DNA from: Fimbriimonadales bacterium | Lineage (GTDB): Bacteria > Armatimonadota > Fimbriimonadia > Fimbriimonadales > ATM1 | NCBI GenBank assembly: GCA_041744215.1 | Contig: JBGTLG010000036.1 | Span: 1-64,000, forward strand | Direction: 5' to 3' | Length of the DNA stretch: 64,000 bases | Made by a program: the position numbers and the translations under genes | Part shown: piece after piece, positions 51,173 through 60,667 of the stretch | Layout: the number at the start of each line of letters is the position of its first letter | Numbering within the stretch: the first letter of the stretch is position 1 | The notes under the pieces: generated by a model | What the model saw: only the letters and a program-made list of their open reading frames with translations | The model's database searches: none | Told to the model about the DNA's origin: nothing

Positions 51173-52527
51173 GCCCGCGGTGAGCGTGCTGGCTTCTCGA
51201 CCTTGGCGATCCATTCCTTCAACAACCGGATCACCTCAGGATTAAACTCGCCTCCTGGCTGACCCCACTTCCTATGGCTGTCCGTGGCTGAAGTCGTTTT
51301 GAAGAACCCGTGATCGGATTCTTTGACGACCACAAACTCAGCAGTGCCAGGTCGTTTCGAGTTAACGATATCCGCGATCATCACGTGATCTTCGCGCGTC
51401 GCGATAAACTCGTTTTCGGCCCACATCGCGAGGACATTTGCGCTAACCCGCTCCCAGAAGGACGCAAAGTTCTTAGCGTCCAGCTCGCGCCAGAAGTCCA
51501 TCACCCGAGTGGACATATGGACTCCGTTAGGGAAAAAGCTGTTCGTTAACGCCGTCAAGTCCGGATGTTGCTTTTTGATGTCGTCGGGCCCCAACTTCTC
51601 CTTGAAAAGGTAATGCATGAACCTCCCCAAACTCTGCATGGATTCGTGAAGGTCTGCGTAGGTACTCCCTGCGAGGAGTTGCTGTCTGCGAACGTTTTCA
51701 AGCCAGTACTCCAACCATGTCTTGACGACAGTTCCGTAAACAGCGATGCCCGCGACCTTCTCTTCGCTCGCGATGATCGGCCCAAAGCAGCCGCCCATGC
51801 TGTGCCCAAAGATGAAGATGCGGTCCTGATCAACGAAGTCATAACCCTTGATCGCCTTTAGCGCTTGTCGATAGCAATCGAGCTCTGCATCAAACCCTTC
51901 GTCTGCTGTAGGTCCACCCTCGCTGTCGCCCTGACCGGGTTTGTCCACTCGAACCGTGACCCACCCCTCATCTACAAAGGACTTCACCAGTGGCGCATAC
52001 GCCCCGGTACCGATCGGGTTATCCAATGAAAAGCCGCCCAGCCCCTGAATCAAAAAGAAGACCGGCCGTTTGCCTGGGCCTGTGGGTTTCGAGATCAGCG
52101 TTCTTATCCGGCGCCCGTTACTTACCACGTGATCGTAGAGCACTTCATAGTTCTCGCCCTTGTCGCGCGGCCTCTCCTGCATGGTCATGGAGAGGGTTTG
52201 GGGATCCCGGCCACGGACAATTCGCATCTCAAACCGCAACCCTACAAGAACCGTGTTCGCTGCGGCGACGCCCTCGGCCGGGGTTGTGATGGGCTTTCCG
52301 TCAATTGAGACCACAACGTCCCCACTCTTCAGGCCGTGCGCCTCGGCTGTGGTCCCTGGAAACACGGTTCCCACCAGGACGCCGGATTCAACACCCGCCG
52401 CGCTCTTCGCGTCCGCGCTCAAAGCGAGCAGTTGGGCTCCGAGCAAGCCCTTACGGGGAAGCGGTTGGGCGATTGAGCACGCCATGAAAAGGAGCGCGAG
52501 CACGACGGTCACAAGAGTTCGTCTCAT
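51160..52527 (-). CDS. Exported PDZ + alpha/beta hydrolase
   Basis: Signal peptide, GLKSGDVV.SIDG PDZ, DKPGQGDS, GHSMGG, DH. Confidence 0.9.
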   Translation of the reverse strand: MRRTLVTVVLALLFMACSIAQPLPRKGLLGAQLLALSADAKSAAGVESGVLVGTVFPGTTAEAHGLKSGDVVVSIDGKPITTPAEGVAAANTVLVGLRFEMRIVRGRDPQTLSMTMQERPRDKGENYEVLYDHVVSNGRRIRTLISKPTGPGKRPVFFLIQGLGGFSLDNPIGTGAYAPLVKSFVDEGWVTVRVDKPGQGDSEGGPTADEGFDAELDCYRQALKAIKGYDFVDQDRIFIFGHSMGGCFGPIIASEEKVAGIAVYGTVVKTWLEYWLENVRRQQLLAGSTYADLHESMQSLGRFMHYLFKEKLGPDDIKKQHPDLTALTNSFFPNGVHMSTRVMDFWRELDAKNFASFWERVSANVLAMWAENEFIATREDHVMIADIVNSKRPGTAEFVVVKESDHGFFKTTSATDSHRKWGQPGGEFNPEVIRLLKEWIAKVEKPARSPRAQSQ

Positions 52528-52642
52528 AGAGGCTTAGTACCCCAATAGTTCTGAGTTTGAAGCGAGGCGGGCACTTTTCGGCTAAAGAGGTACAACAAGC
52601 CGCGTTGACGTTACGTTAACAGTTTGACCTCACGATTCAACT

Positions 52643-53080
52643 ATGAGAATCTTATTCCTCTGCACGGGCAACTCTGCCAGGAGCCAGATGGCCGAAGGTT
52701 TCGCAAAGGCCTACGGAACGCCTGGCGTCGATGTCTGGAGCGCAGGGACCTTTCCGTCGCGCGAAGTACACCCACTCGCAGTCCACGTGATGATGGAAAG
52801 GATGATCGACATCAGCGCGGCTCTGCCAAAGAGTTTCACGGCTGTCCCGAAGCCCATTGACGCGGTCATCGCTGTTTGTGGTCAAGCCGCCGAACAGTGT
52901 CCGCGGCCCCCTGGCGCAGAAGTCGAAGCGTGGAACCTTGACGATCCAGCCGCCGCGGAAGGGACGGAGGAAGAGCGCCTTCAAGTCTTCAGGTCGATCC
53001 GAGACCAAGTTGAGAGCAGAGTTGTCGAATTGCTCACCCGTCGCGGCAAACTCGCTGCCGAACACTCCCGGCGAAGTTAA
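52643..53080 (+). CDS. arsC: Thioredoxin-coupled arsenate reductase (LMW-PTP fold)
   Basis: CTGNSARSQMAEG, resolving pair VCGQAAEQCP, W.LDDP. Confidence 0.88.
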   Translation: MRILFLCTGNSARSQMAEGFAKAYGTPGVDVWSAGTFPSREVHPLAVHVMMERMIDISAALPKSFTAVPKPIDAVIAVCGQAAEQCPRPPGAEVEAWNLDDPAAAEGTEEERLQVFRSIRDQVESRVVELLTRRGKLAAEHSRRS

Positions 53081-53123
53081 CACATTAACAGTCTGATAGC
53101 CTTCAGTTAACATTCCGTTGACG
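53077..53123 (+). promoter_or_regulatory. Pho-box-like direct repeats
   Basis: TTAACA at 53077, 53085, 53107 and TTGACG at 53118; the last three are in 11-bp phase, upstream of the porin-pst operon. Confidence 0.6.
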
Positions 53124-53184
53124 CTCCCACAGTTGAATGTACGTGGGCTCTCGGATAGAGAGCTACTAACGGAGGGACCAACAC

Positions 53185-54606
53185 GTGCGAAGTGTTATCA
53201 TGCGTCTCGCCTTTGCGAGCGTGGGTGCAGCGGGTGTCTTGGCTACGGCACACGCCATAACGGTTCAGTTCCCGGTCGAGGCGATCGGAAAGGGAATCGA
53301 GAAGGCAAAGTCAGCCCAGAACCAGACGTCTGCGCCCAAGCGCTCAGCCGAGGCGATCAAACAAGACATCGCGCAGGCTAAAGCCCTGCAAGAGAAAGCT
53401 GCAGGCATCACCAAGTCGATTGGCGAACTCGCCAGTAGCGGCAAATTGCCGACGACCGATGAGTCAATCGCACTCCTGAAGATTCTCGTTACCGAGCTTC
53501 AGGATGTCAACGAGCAGCTCAAGAAGATCGATGAGCGACTCAGAGATGTAGAAAGCTGGATCGAGGATCAATCCCTGGAGAACATCCCGATCATGCAGAA
53601 CGACATCGCAACGCTCAAGAAGCCTGGTATCGGTAACTACATCCAGTTCCAATATGTAGACACGCAAGAAGGCAGCGGCACGACGAACGACGGATTCCAA
53701 ATGCGACGAATGAGGTACGGGCAGAACAATCGGCTCGATCCTAAAACGAGCATGAAGGTTTCGTTCGACCTTTCGACAGGCAGCCAACGCATCGGCGCGG
53801 AAATGCGCGATGCGCAACTGATCTACGAACCGGTGCCGTCAATTTCACAGATTGGCGTCAGGCTCGTCGCGGGCCAACAGCCGCTTCCGCTCGGCTTTGA
53901 GTTGGAGAGGTCGTCGGGAGAACGAGAGTTCCCTGAGCGGACTTTGTACAACAACACAGTCTTTGCGGGCGAAAGAGACCGTGGCCTCAGGCTGGACTAC
54001 GGCTTGAGCCCGGATTCCTATGCTCACGTTGGCATCTGGAACGGACTAACGGTAGGGGATCGACAGTTGGTTGCAGCGAACACATTCAGAAACCTGAATG
54101 GGCTGTTTGGATACCATGCTGGAATACGCCACTACAGCAACGTCCACGATGTGGGAATCAGCGCATTCTACGCAAAGCGGCCAGCGGGTAGTAACGGTAC
54201 ACCACCTAACAACGCGTATCCCGGCGTCGATCGACAGTTCATCTACATCGATGGAACGTACCTACTCGAGCAATTCGCCCTTCGGGGAGAACTGATGTTC
54301 GGTCGAGACCGCATCCCAACGCTTGGCAGCGATGGTCGCCCGACCTATCTGGCGGCCACGAACATTCTCGGATACCAAGCGCAGGTGACATACAACATGA
54401 ATCCGCGGAATCAGATTCACTTCCGCTATCAGTACTTCGATCCGGATCGGGGCACTCCTGCAGACGGAACGAACGGCTACGGGATCGGATACACGTACTG
54501 GATTCACCCAACCGCAAAGATCACGGGAACTTACGAGATCTTCGACGAAGAAGGGCCAGAACGGAGGAACAACGTCTTCACCGTTCGCTACCAGTTCAGG
54601 CTGTGA
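53185..54606 (+). CDS. Phosphate-selective porin (OprO/P-like) with N-terminal coiled coil
   Basis: Signal peptide; F..RR.R, GQ...P.G.E...SS, ER, RDRG motifs; terminal YQFRL strand; context. Confidence 0.82.
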   Translation: MRSVIMRLAFASVGAAGVLATAHAITVQFPVEAIGKGIEKAKSAQNQTSAPKRSAEAIKQDIAQAKALQEKAAGITKSIGELASSGKLPTTDESIALLKILVTELQDVNEQLKKIDERLRDVESWIEDQSLENIPIMQNDIATLKKPGIGNYIQFQYVDTQEGSGTTNDGFQMRRMRYGQNNRLDPKTSMKVSFDLSTGSQRIGAEMRDAQLIYEPVPSISQIGVRLVAGQQPLPLGFELERSSGEREFPERTLYNNTVFAGERDRGLRLDYGLSPDSYAHVGIWNGLTVGDRQLVAANTFRNLNGLFGYHAGIRHYSNVHDVGISAFYAKRPAGSNGTPPNNAYPGVDRQFIYIDGTYLLEQFALRGELMFGRDRIPTLGSDGRPTYLAATNILGYQAQVTYNMNPRNQIHFRYQYFDPDRGTPADGTNGYGIGYTYWIHPTAKITGTYEIFDEEGPERRNNVFTVRYQFRL

Positions 54607-54646
54607 GGACTGCGCAAGTCAATCAGAAAAAAGGAGAACAAAGAAA

Positions 54647-55474
54647 ATGACAGCAGCACTTATCGCAACACTTGCAATCGTTGGTGGGGCGCCCTCACCC
54701 GCACTTGGAACCGTCGCCGTAAAAGGCTCGGATTCAATGCTGATCCTCAACCAGCGCTGGGCCGAGGCCTTCGGAAAAAAGCACCCTGGCACAGCGATTG
54801 AGGTAACCGGGGGTGGGTCGAGCATCGGCATCAACGCGTTCATCAACGGCGTCACCGACATCTGTGCCGCATCTCGCCCAATGCGGAAGAGCGAGATCGA
54901 CCGCGCGCGGAGCCGAGGAGCCATCGCTGTGGAAACCCCAGCGGCGTTGGACGGCCTAGCAGTGATCGTAAACACCAGCAATCCGGTGAACTCGCTGACA
55001 ATGGACCAGATCCGGCGCATCTACATCGGACAGATCAACAATTGGTCGCAGGTTGGCGGCCCCAATCAATCGATTGTCGTCCTGAGCCGCGACAGCAATT
55101 CCGGAACGTACGGCTTCTTCCAAGAGAAGGTTCTCAAGAACCAGAACTGGGGAAGAGGTGTTCGGTTCATGCCGTCGACGGCAGAAGAGGCGCGTGAAAC
55201 GGCTCGTACACCCGGCGCTATTGCATATGGCGGCGTCGCGTACTTCAAAGGCCGCGACGGCATCAAAATCATCGGCATTGCGCCAGCGGAAGGTAAGCCG
55301 CCTGTGCTTCCAACTGAAGCCAACGTCCGAAACAAGAGCTATCCCATTTGGCGATACCTCTACTTCTACACGAACGGGCGCCCACGTGGCGAGACCAAAA
55401 CCTTTATCGACTGGTGCCTGTCCACTGAAGGACAGTCTCTCGTTGAGCAGGTCGGATACTACGGCCTTAAGTAG
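54647..55474 (+). CDS. pstS: Phosphate ABC substrate-binding protein
   Basis: KGSDS, GGGSS.GI, ASR, RDSNSGT, YPI.R.LY.Y. Confidence 0.96.
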   Translation: MTAALIATLAIVGGAPSPALGTVAVKGSDSMLILNQRWAEAFGKKHPGTAIEVTGGGSSIGINAFINGVTDICAASRPMRKSEIDRARSRGAIAVETPAALDGLAVIVNTSNPVNSLTMDQIRRIYIGQINNWSQVGGPNQSIVVLSRDSNSGTYGFFQEKVLKNQNWGRGVRFMPSTAEEARETARTPGAIAYGGVAYFKGRDGIKIIGIAPAEGKPPVLPTEANVRNKSYPIWRYLYFYTNGRPRGETKTFIDWCLSTEGQSLVEQVGYYGLK

Positions 55475-55485
55475 ATCGCGATTGA

Positions 55486-55513
55486 CTTCGCCCCAGCCTC
55501 GGCTGGGGCGAAG
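55486..55513 (+). other. Strong pstS-pstC intergenic hairpin (mRNA stabiliser or partial terminator)
   Basis: CTTCGCCCCAGCC-TC-GGCTGGGGCGAAG perfect inverted repeat. Confidence 0.75.
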
Positions 55514-55521
55514 CTATCAAA

Positions 55522-57015
55522 ATGAAACGTAACCGACTCCGCGAGTTGCCAGCTGTTGCGCTCGTCTATTTTTCGGGCGCCCTCATACTGTTGGTAGTCG
55601 TGGCTATCTTTTACTACCTCGCGCACGAGGCGCGGTATGCGTTTGATCGTCCATTTCCTTATGGCTACCGATTCTCGCTGCAACCTCCAGTTTTAGAGCC
55701 CGATCCTTACACTGGGGAGATCGTCGACGATTTGACAGTTGACCCAAATGCCTCCCTCCTTGCTGCAAACTTTGAAGGCGAGGACGGAGTTGATGACAAA
55801 GAACAATCGGCGCCGATGCCGACGCTTGCCGAACTTGAGGGCTATCACCCATTCGGTACCGGATCAGCAGTGATTGCTACGCTTGAGGATGTCAATCTGG
55901 ATGGCCTCTATCGCGATAACTGGAAGAAAGCGAAGCCAGCAAGCCAAGGCGACAGTTTCTACCTCTTTGCATTTGCGACTCCTGAGTACGACAAGCCGAC
56001 CATGAAACTCGCGTGGGGTCCTGACGCAGCTTTCAGTGCAAAGGATTGTCCATACGACATTCGCTTACGCCTTGTGCGCGCACCAGAGGGAGTAGAGCTG
56101 GACCCTTTTGATATCGACTTAGTCAAACATGAGCAAGGCGCGATTGAGCTTCCAGCTTGGATAGCAAAAACAGACGCAGATCGAACCAGCGGATACGTGT
56201 TCGAAATGATCGCTACTCCAACGAAGAGCAACTTCGTTGCGACGATCATAGGCTTCTTCAAAACGGATTGGGCACCTACACTTCAGTATCCGCGATACGG
56301 ATTTGTTCCATTGTTGCTGAGCACGATGCTGATGTCGTTCGTCGCCCTCCTCATCGCCGTTCCAATTGGGTTAGCGTGTGCGACTTACCTCGCCGAGATC
56401 GCACCTGTACGCGTACGCGAATGGCTAAAGCCAATCATTGAAATGCTCGCAAGTATTCCGACGGTAGTGCTTGGCTACTTCGGGCTAATGATCGTCGCGC
56501 CAGGAATCGTCAAAGTCTTCTCAGAATCGCTCGGTATGACCTCGGGAAGATCGTTCGTAACTGCTAGCCTCGTTCTTGCATTCTTGCTACTGCCCACGAT
56601 CATCTCTATCGGCGAAGACGCATTGCGTGCTGTTCCAAACCTAATGCGAGAAGGCGCGTCCGCGCTCGGATTCACGACTCGCGAGACCATAAAGAAAGTC
56701 GTGATGCCCACGGCTCGCGCGGGAATTGTCGCCACAGTACTGCTCGGGTTTGCGCGCGCTATTGGCGAAACGATGATCATCTGGATACTAAGCGGCGGCA
56801 CGGCTGTGATGCCGAGTGCTAACCCCATCAAAACTTTGGCTGCACCGACGCGAGGAATGACAGACACCATAGCCATCGAAATGGGCAATGTTGAGTTTGA
56901 GGGCGCCCACTACGGCCATCTGTTCATGATCGGGCTGGCGCTGTTCTTGGTCACACTCGTCATAAACCTTGCGGGCTACGCCTACGGGAGGAAGCGGAAA
57001 TGGCTAGCATCGTAG
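55522..57015 (+). CDS. pstC: Phosphate ABC permease with large extracytoplasmic insert
   Basis: YLAE.AP, EMLASIPTVV.G, RAIGETM. Confidence 0.93.
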   Translation: MKRNRLRELPAVALVYFSGALILLVVVAIFYYLAHEARYAFDRPFPYGYRFSLQPPVLEPDPYTGEIVDDLTVDPNASLLAANFEGEDGVDDKEQSAPMPTLAELEGYHPFGTGSAVIATLEDVNLDGLYRDNWKKAKPASQGDSFYLFAFATPEYDKPTMKLAWGPDAAFSAKDCPYDIRLRLVRAPEGVELDPFDIDLVKHEQGAIELPAWIAKTDADRTSGYVFEMIATPTKSNFVATIIGFFKTDWAPTLQYPRYGFVPLLLSTMLMSFVALLIAVPIGLACATYLAEIAPVRVREWLKPIIEMLASIPTVVLGYFGLMIVAPGIVKVFSESLGMTSGRSFVTASLVLAFLLLPTIISIGEDALRAVPNLMREGASALGFTTRETIKKVVMPTARAGIVATVLLGFARAIGETMIIWILSGGTAVMPSANPIKTLAAPTRGMTDTIAIEMGNVEFEGAHYGHLFMIGLALFLVTLVINLAGYAYGRKRKWLAS

Positions 57016-57914
57016 GCGTCAAGTTTCCGACGCCCGATCAAGTCGCAGGGCGCGATCGACTCAGAAAGCGGGCTTCGCTAGCCTATGAAGGATGGCTGTG
57101 GATCATTGGAATCACGATATCAATCGCAATCCTCGCGCTCATCCTAACGATTGCCGCAAAAGGGCTTCCGGCGATGAGCTGGGAGTTTTTGTCGGCTGCA
57201 CCAAAGGAAGGAATGAAAGAGGGGGGAATCTGGCCGATGCTGCGGGGTTCGATCCTGCTCATGGCGGGCACACTCATCATCGTTCTTCCAGTCGGTGTTT
57301 TTGGGGGCATTTTCCTTTCAGAATACGCGGGAACTTCTCGATTTGCTTACACAGTTCGGGCTTGCGTCGTCGCGTTGGCAGGAACTCCGTCGGTAATTTA
57401 CGGCCTATTTGGCCTTGCGGTCTTTGTGCTATTGCTGACGAAGCACACGAGTTTGGTCGCGGGATGGCTGACACTGGCGATGTTTGCCCTGCCAGTCATC
57501 GTTCTAACAACTGAATCCGCAATAAAATCCGTGCCCGAATCGTTCGTGGAAGCGGGAGTCTCTCTCGGCATGTCGAAATGGCAGGTGATTCGAAGAGTGG
57601 TCTTGCCATCTGCGATACCGGGGATCGTCACTGGAGTCGTTCTTTCCACGGGGCGCGCCGCAGGGGAAGCGCCGCCAATCTTGTTGACCGCAGGGATTTA
57701 CTACTCGACTGCGCAACTTTCGTTCGATTTTGAAATGCTGAAGAAGCCGGTTGCCAATCTCCCATATCACTTGGCAGAAGGGTACCGGCAAGGAAGTGTC
57801 ATTCCGGAGAAAATCATATGGGGAACTTGTCTAACATTGATGTTGTTAGTGCTGCTGATCAACTTGGCAGCAATCATCGTCCGAGCGAAAGCCAGGAGAA
57901 AGCAAACCTGGTAA
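57000..57914 (+). CDS. pstA: Phosphate ABC permease
   Basis: GGI.P...[20 protein letters not shown]. Confidence 0.95.
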   Translation: MASIVGVKFPTPDQVAGRDRLRKRASLAYEGWLWIIGITISIAILALILTIAAKGLPAMSWEFLSAAPKEGMKEGGIWPMLRGSILLMAGTLIIVLPVGVFGGIFLSEYAGTSRFAYTVRACVVALAGTPSVIYGLFGLAVFVLLLTKHTSLVAGWLTLAMFALPVIVLTTESAIKSVPESFVEAGVSLGMSKWQVIRRVVLPSAIPGIVTGVVLSTGRAAGEAPPILLTAGIYYSTAQLSFDFEMLKKPVANLPYHLAEGYRQGSVIPEKIIWGTCLTLMLLVLLINLAAIIVRAKARRKQTW

Positions 57915-58690
57915 ACGCACCAAAGCCGCAGGGCGATGTCGTCGTAGCCTCAGAGGAACTCAACTTCTACTACGGGCAAAATCATGCGCTTCGCGATGTA
58001 ACTGTTGAGATATCCCGGGGCGAAGTGACGTGCCTAATCGGTCCCAGTGGGTGTGGAAAGAGCACGTTTTTGCGAGTGCTGAACAGAATGAATGACCGGA
58101 TTCACGGGTCAAGACAGACTGGAAAAGTTATTGTCGACGGGCAGAACATTTACGCGAGAGGCACCGATCTGATGCAGCTTCGTCGCAAGGTCGGCATGGT
58201 GTTTCAAAAGCCAAATCCATTCCCGGCCTCCATCTTCGAAAACGTGGCGATGGCGCCACGAATCCACTATGGGCTCAACTCGAGCCAATTGGAAGAGGTT
58301 GTCGTTACCGCGCTTCAGAAGGCCGCACTTTGGGATGAAGTCAAGGACGACTACCGAAAAAAGAGCGGAATGTCGCTTTCGGGTGGTCAGCAACAGAGGC
58401 TTTGCATTGCGCGAACACTGGCAATCAATCCGGAAATCATCCTAATGGATGAACCTTGCAGTGCGCTTGACCCAATCAGCACATACAAAATAGAAGAACT
58501 GATCAAAGCACTAGCTGGTGACTACACGCTAATCGTGGTTACACACAATATGCATCAAGCAGGTCGAATCAGTTCTCAAACAGCGTTCTTCAACATGGGT
58601 GAACTGGTCGAGCACGGCAGCACCGAAGACATCTTCCAAAGGCCGAGACAACGCGAGACAGAGGATTACGTTAGCGGCAGATTCGGTTAG
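57908..58690 (+). CDS. pstB: Phosphate ABC ATPase (start uncertain: CTG 57908 or ATG 57818)
   Basis: [45 protein letters not shown]. Confidence 0.95.
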   Translation: MVNAPKPQGDVVVASEELNFYYGQNHALRDVTVEISRGEVTCLIGPSGCGKSTFLRVLNRMNDRIHGSRQTGKVIVDGQNIYARGTDLMQLRRKVGMVFQKPNPFPASIFENVAMAPRIHYGLNSSQLEEVVVTALQKAALWDEVKDDYRKKSGMSLSGGQQQRLCIARTLAINPEIILMDEPCSALDPISTYKIEELIKALAGDYTLIVVTHNMHQAGRISSQTAFFNMGELVEHGSTEDIFQRPRQRETEDYVSGRFG

Positions 58691-59526
58691 TCTTGTCGAA
58701 ACCCAATCCTGTCGAGCAGTGCAGTCAAGTCGTCGTCGTCGAAGAATGAGAGTTCGATCCGGCCACCCTTGCCTTGTCTCACGATCCGCGCCGATGTACC
58801 AAAAAACTCACTGAGCGGAGTGTCCAATTCGTGAGACGTGGGTTCACGCCGCACAGTGCTCACGCTCGGTTCGACGACCTGCGCGGCGCCTCGCGCCATG
58901 CGCTCAACGTCGCGAACGTTGAGCCCTTTCGCGATGATTTGCGCGTGCGCAAGCAACATCTCCGAATCCGTGTCGAACTGCAAAAGCGCGCGCGCGTGCC
59001 CTTCCGAAATCTCGCCTTCGATCAGCGATTCCCGCACCTCCTTGGGCAGCTTAAGAAGGCGCAGCGCGTTCGCAACTCCAGATCGCGACTTCCCAACGCG
59101 CTTGGCAATCTCCTCCTGAGTCATCCCGAAATCGTTCAGTAGCCGAGCGTAGGCTTCCGCAGACTCAAGGGGCGAGATGTCCTCTCGCTGAACATTCTCA
59201 ATCAGAGCGATCTGTAGCGATGCTTGCCGATCCGCCCCCCGAACCAAAACCGGAACGCTTTCGAGGCCGGCCAGCTTAGCCGCCCGCCACCTTCGCTCGC
59301 CCGCAATCAGCTCAAACCGATCTTCATCCAGCGGTCGGACGACGATCGGTTGAAGGATGCCGACTTCCTTGATGGACTCTGCGAGTTCCAGAAGCGACTC
59401 ATCGGAAAAGCGCTTGCGCGGCTGCTGCGGGTTCGGAACGATCGCCGAAATGGCAACTTCGGTCGTAGAGTCGCCCTGACTCTCGCCGAGGAGTTGTGCT
59501 AATCCCTTGCCGAGCGCTCTACGCAT
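58687..59526 (-). CDS. parB: Chromosome partitioning protein ParB
   Basis: [29 protein letters not shown]. Confidence 0.97.
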   Translation of the reverse strand: MRRALGKGLAQLLGESQGDSTTEVAISAIVPNPQQPRKRFSDESLLELAESIKEVGILQPIVVRPLDEDRFELIAGERRWRAAKLAGLESVPVLVRGADRQASLQIALIENVQREDISPLESAEAYARLLNDFGMTQEEIAKRVGKSRSGVANALRLLKLPKEVRESLIEGEISEGHARALLQFDTDSEMLLAHAQIIAKGLNVRDVERMARGAAQVVEPSVSTVRREPTSHELDTPLSEFFGTSARIVRQGKGGRIELSFFDDDDLTALLDRIGFRQD

Positions 59527-60283
59527 CCATGACCTCTGAGACGAACTCTTCATACGCCTTCGCTCCAATAGAAGACGGATAGCGGACGACTGCAGGCTCA
59601 CCGAACCCCGGAGCCTCGCTCAGTCTGACGTTGCGAGGAATCGTCGTCTTTGCGACCTTGTCGCCAAAGTAGCCTCGCAACTCTTCTTCAACCTGTAGAC
59701 TCAATCGATTGCGCTTATCATACATCGTGAGCAGAACCTTCGCAATCTGCAAGTCAGGATTGATCCGCCGTTTGATTAACTCGAACGTCTTTACCAGCTG
59801 AGATAGTCCTTCGAGAGCATAAAACTCGCACTGCATCGGTATCAGCACCGCATCGGCGGCGGCAAGCGCGTTGATCGTCAGGATTCCAAGCGATGGCGGA
59901 GCATCGATGATGATCCACTCATAGCGATCGCGAATCTCTGCAAGCGCTTCGCGCAAGATCGTCTCCCGCCCCACAGTATTGAGCAACGAAGGCTCTGCTC
60001 CCGCGAGGTCCAGGGTCGACGGGATGACCTGCAAACCGCTGAAACCAGTCTTGACGATTGCCTTTTCTGCCGGAAGGCACTCTGTTAGAACATCGTAAAG
60101 TGTTGCCTGGAGGGCTGGTTTGTCCACGCCCACGCCTGTCGTGGCATTGCCCTGAGGATCAGAATCAACAAGCAAAACCTGCTGGGAACGGGCGGCCAGC
60201 CCAGCGGCGAGGTTGACGGCCGTCGTGGTCTTTCCGACTCCCCCTTTCTGATTGACCACGGCCCAAACTGGCATGCCCGTCAT
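59519..60283 (-). CDS. parA: ParA/Soj ATPase (start 60283 or 60274)
   Basis: NQKGGVGKTT, DPQGNAT, DAPPSLG, QCEFYALEG, PRNVRLSEAP. Confidence 0.97.
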   Translation of the reverse strand: MTGMPVWAVVNQKGGVGKTTTAVNLAAGLAARSQQVLLVDSDPQGNATTGVGVDKPALQATLYDVLTECLPAEKAIVKTGFSGLQVIPSTLDLAGAEPSLLNTVGRETILREALAEIRDRYEWIIIDAPPSLGILTINALAAADAVLIPMQCEFYALEGLSQLVKTFELIKRRINPDLQIAKVLLTMYDKRNRLSLQVEEELRGYFGDKVAKTTIPRNVRLSEAPGFGEPAVVRYPSSIGAKAYEEFVSEVMDA

Positions 60284-60284
60284 T

Positions 60285-60659
60285 CTACTTCGAGAGGGCG
60301 TATCCAAGCCAGCAAAGCGCGATTCCGCCGACAACGCTTGCCGCAACGTATACAGCCGCGGTCAAGTGCGCCCGTGCGTCGAGCAAAGTTAGCACCTCCA
60401 GCGAGAAGGCGCTGAAAGTCGTGTAGCCGCCCAGCAGTCCCGCGCCAATCAAGATCCGCCAGTGCTGTGGCGGATCCGAATTCAAGGCAAACCCGAGGAA
60501 CGCACCGATTAGCGCCGCTCCCGTCAGATTGACTAAAAGCGTCGCCCAGGGAAACGCCGATGGCTTCGAGGTCGTGAGCCAGATGCTGATCCAATAGCGG
60601 GCATTCGCGCCCAAGCCTGCACCCACGAATACGAGTAAAGACTTGGCGATGGGAGACAT
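60285..60659 (-). CDS. crcB: Fluoride channel Fluc/CrcB
   Basis: GA.LGA.ARY, T..VN..G, GGYTTFSAF..E. Confidence 0.95.
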   Translation of the reverse strand: MSPIAKSLLVFVGAGLGANARYWISIWLTTSKPSAFPWATLLVNLTGAALIGAFLGFALNSDPPQHWRILIGAGLLGGYTTFSAFSLEVLTLLDARAHLTAAVYVAASVVGGIALCWLGYALSK

Positions 60660-60667
60660 ACAAGCGA

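Noticed and set aside
58687-60283. parS site or replication origin near parAB
   Set aside because: No TGTTTCACGTGAAACA-like palindrome, dnaA or DnaA-box cluster was seen by eye.
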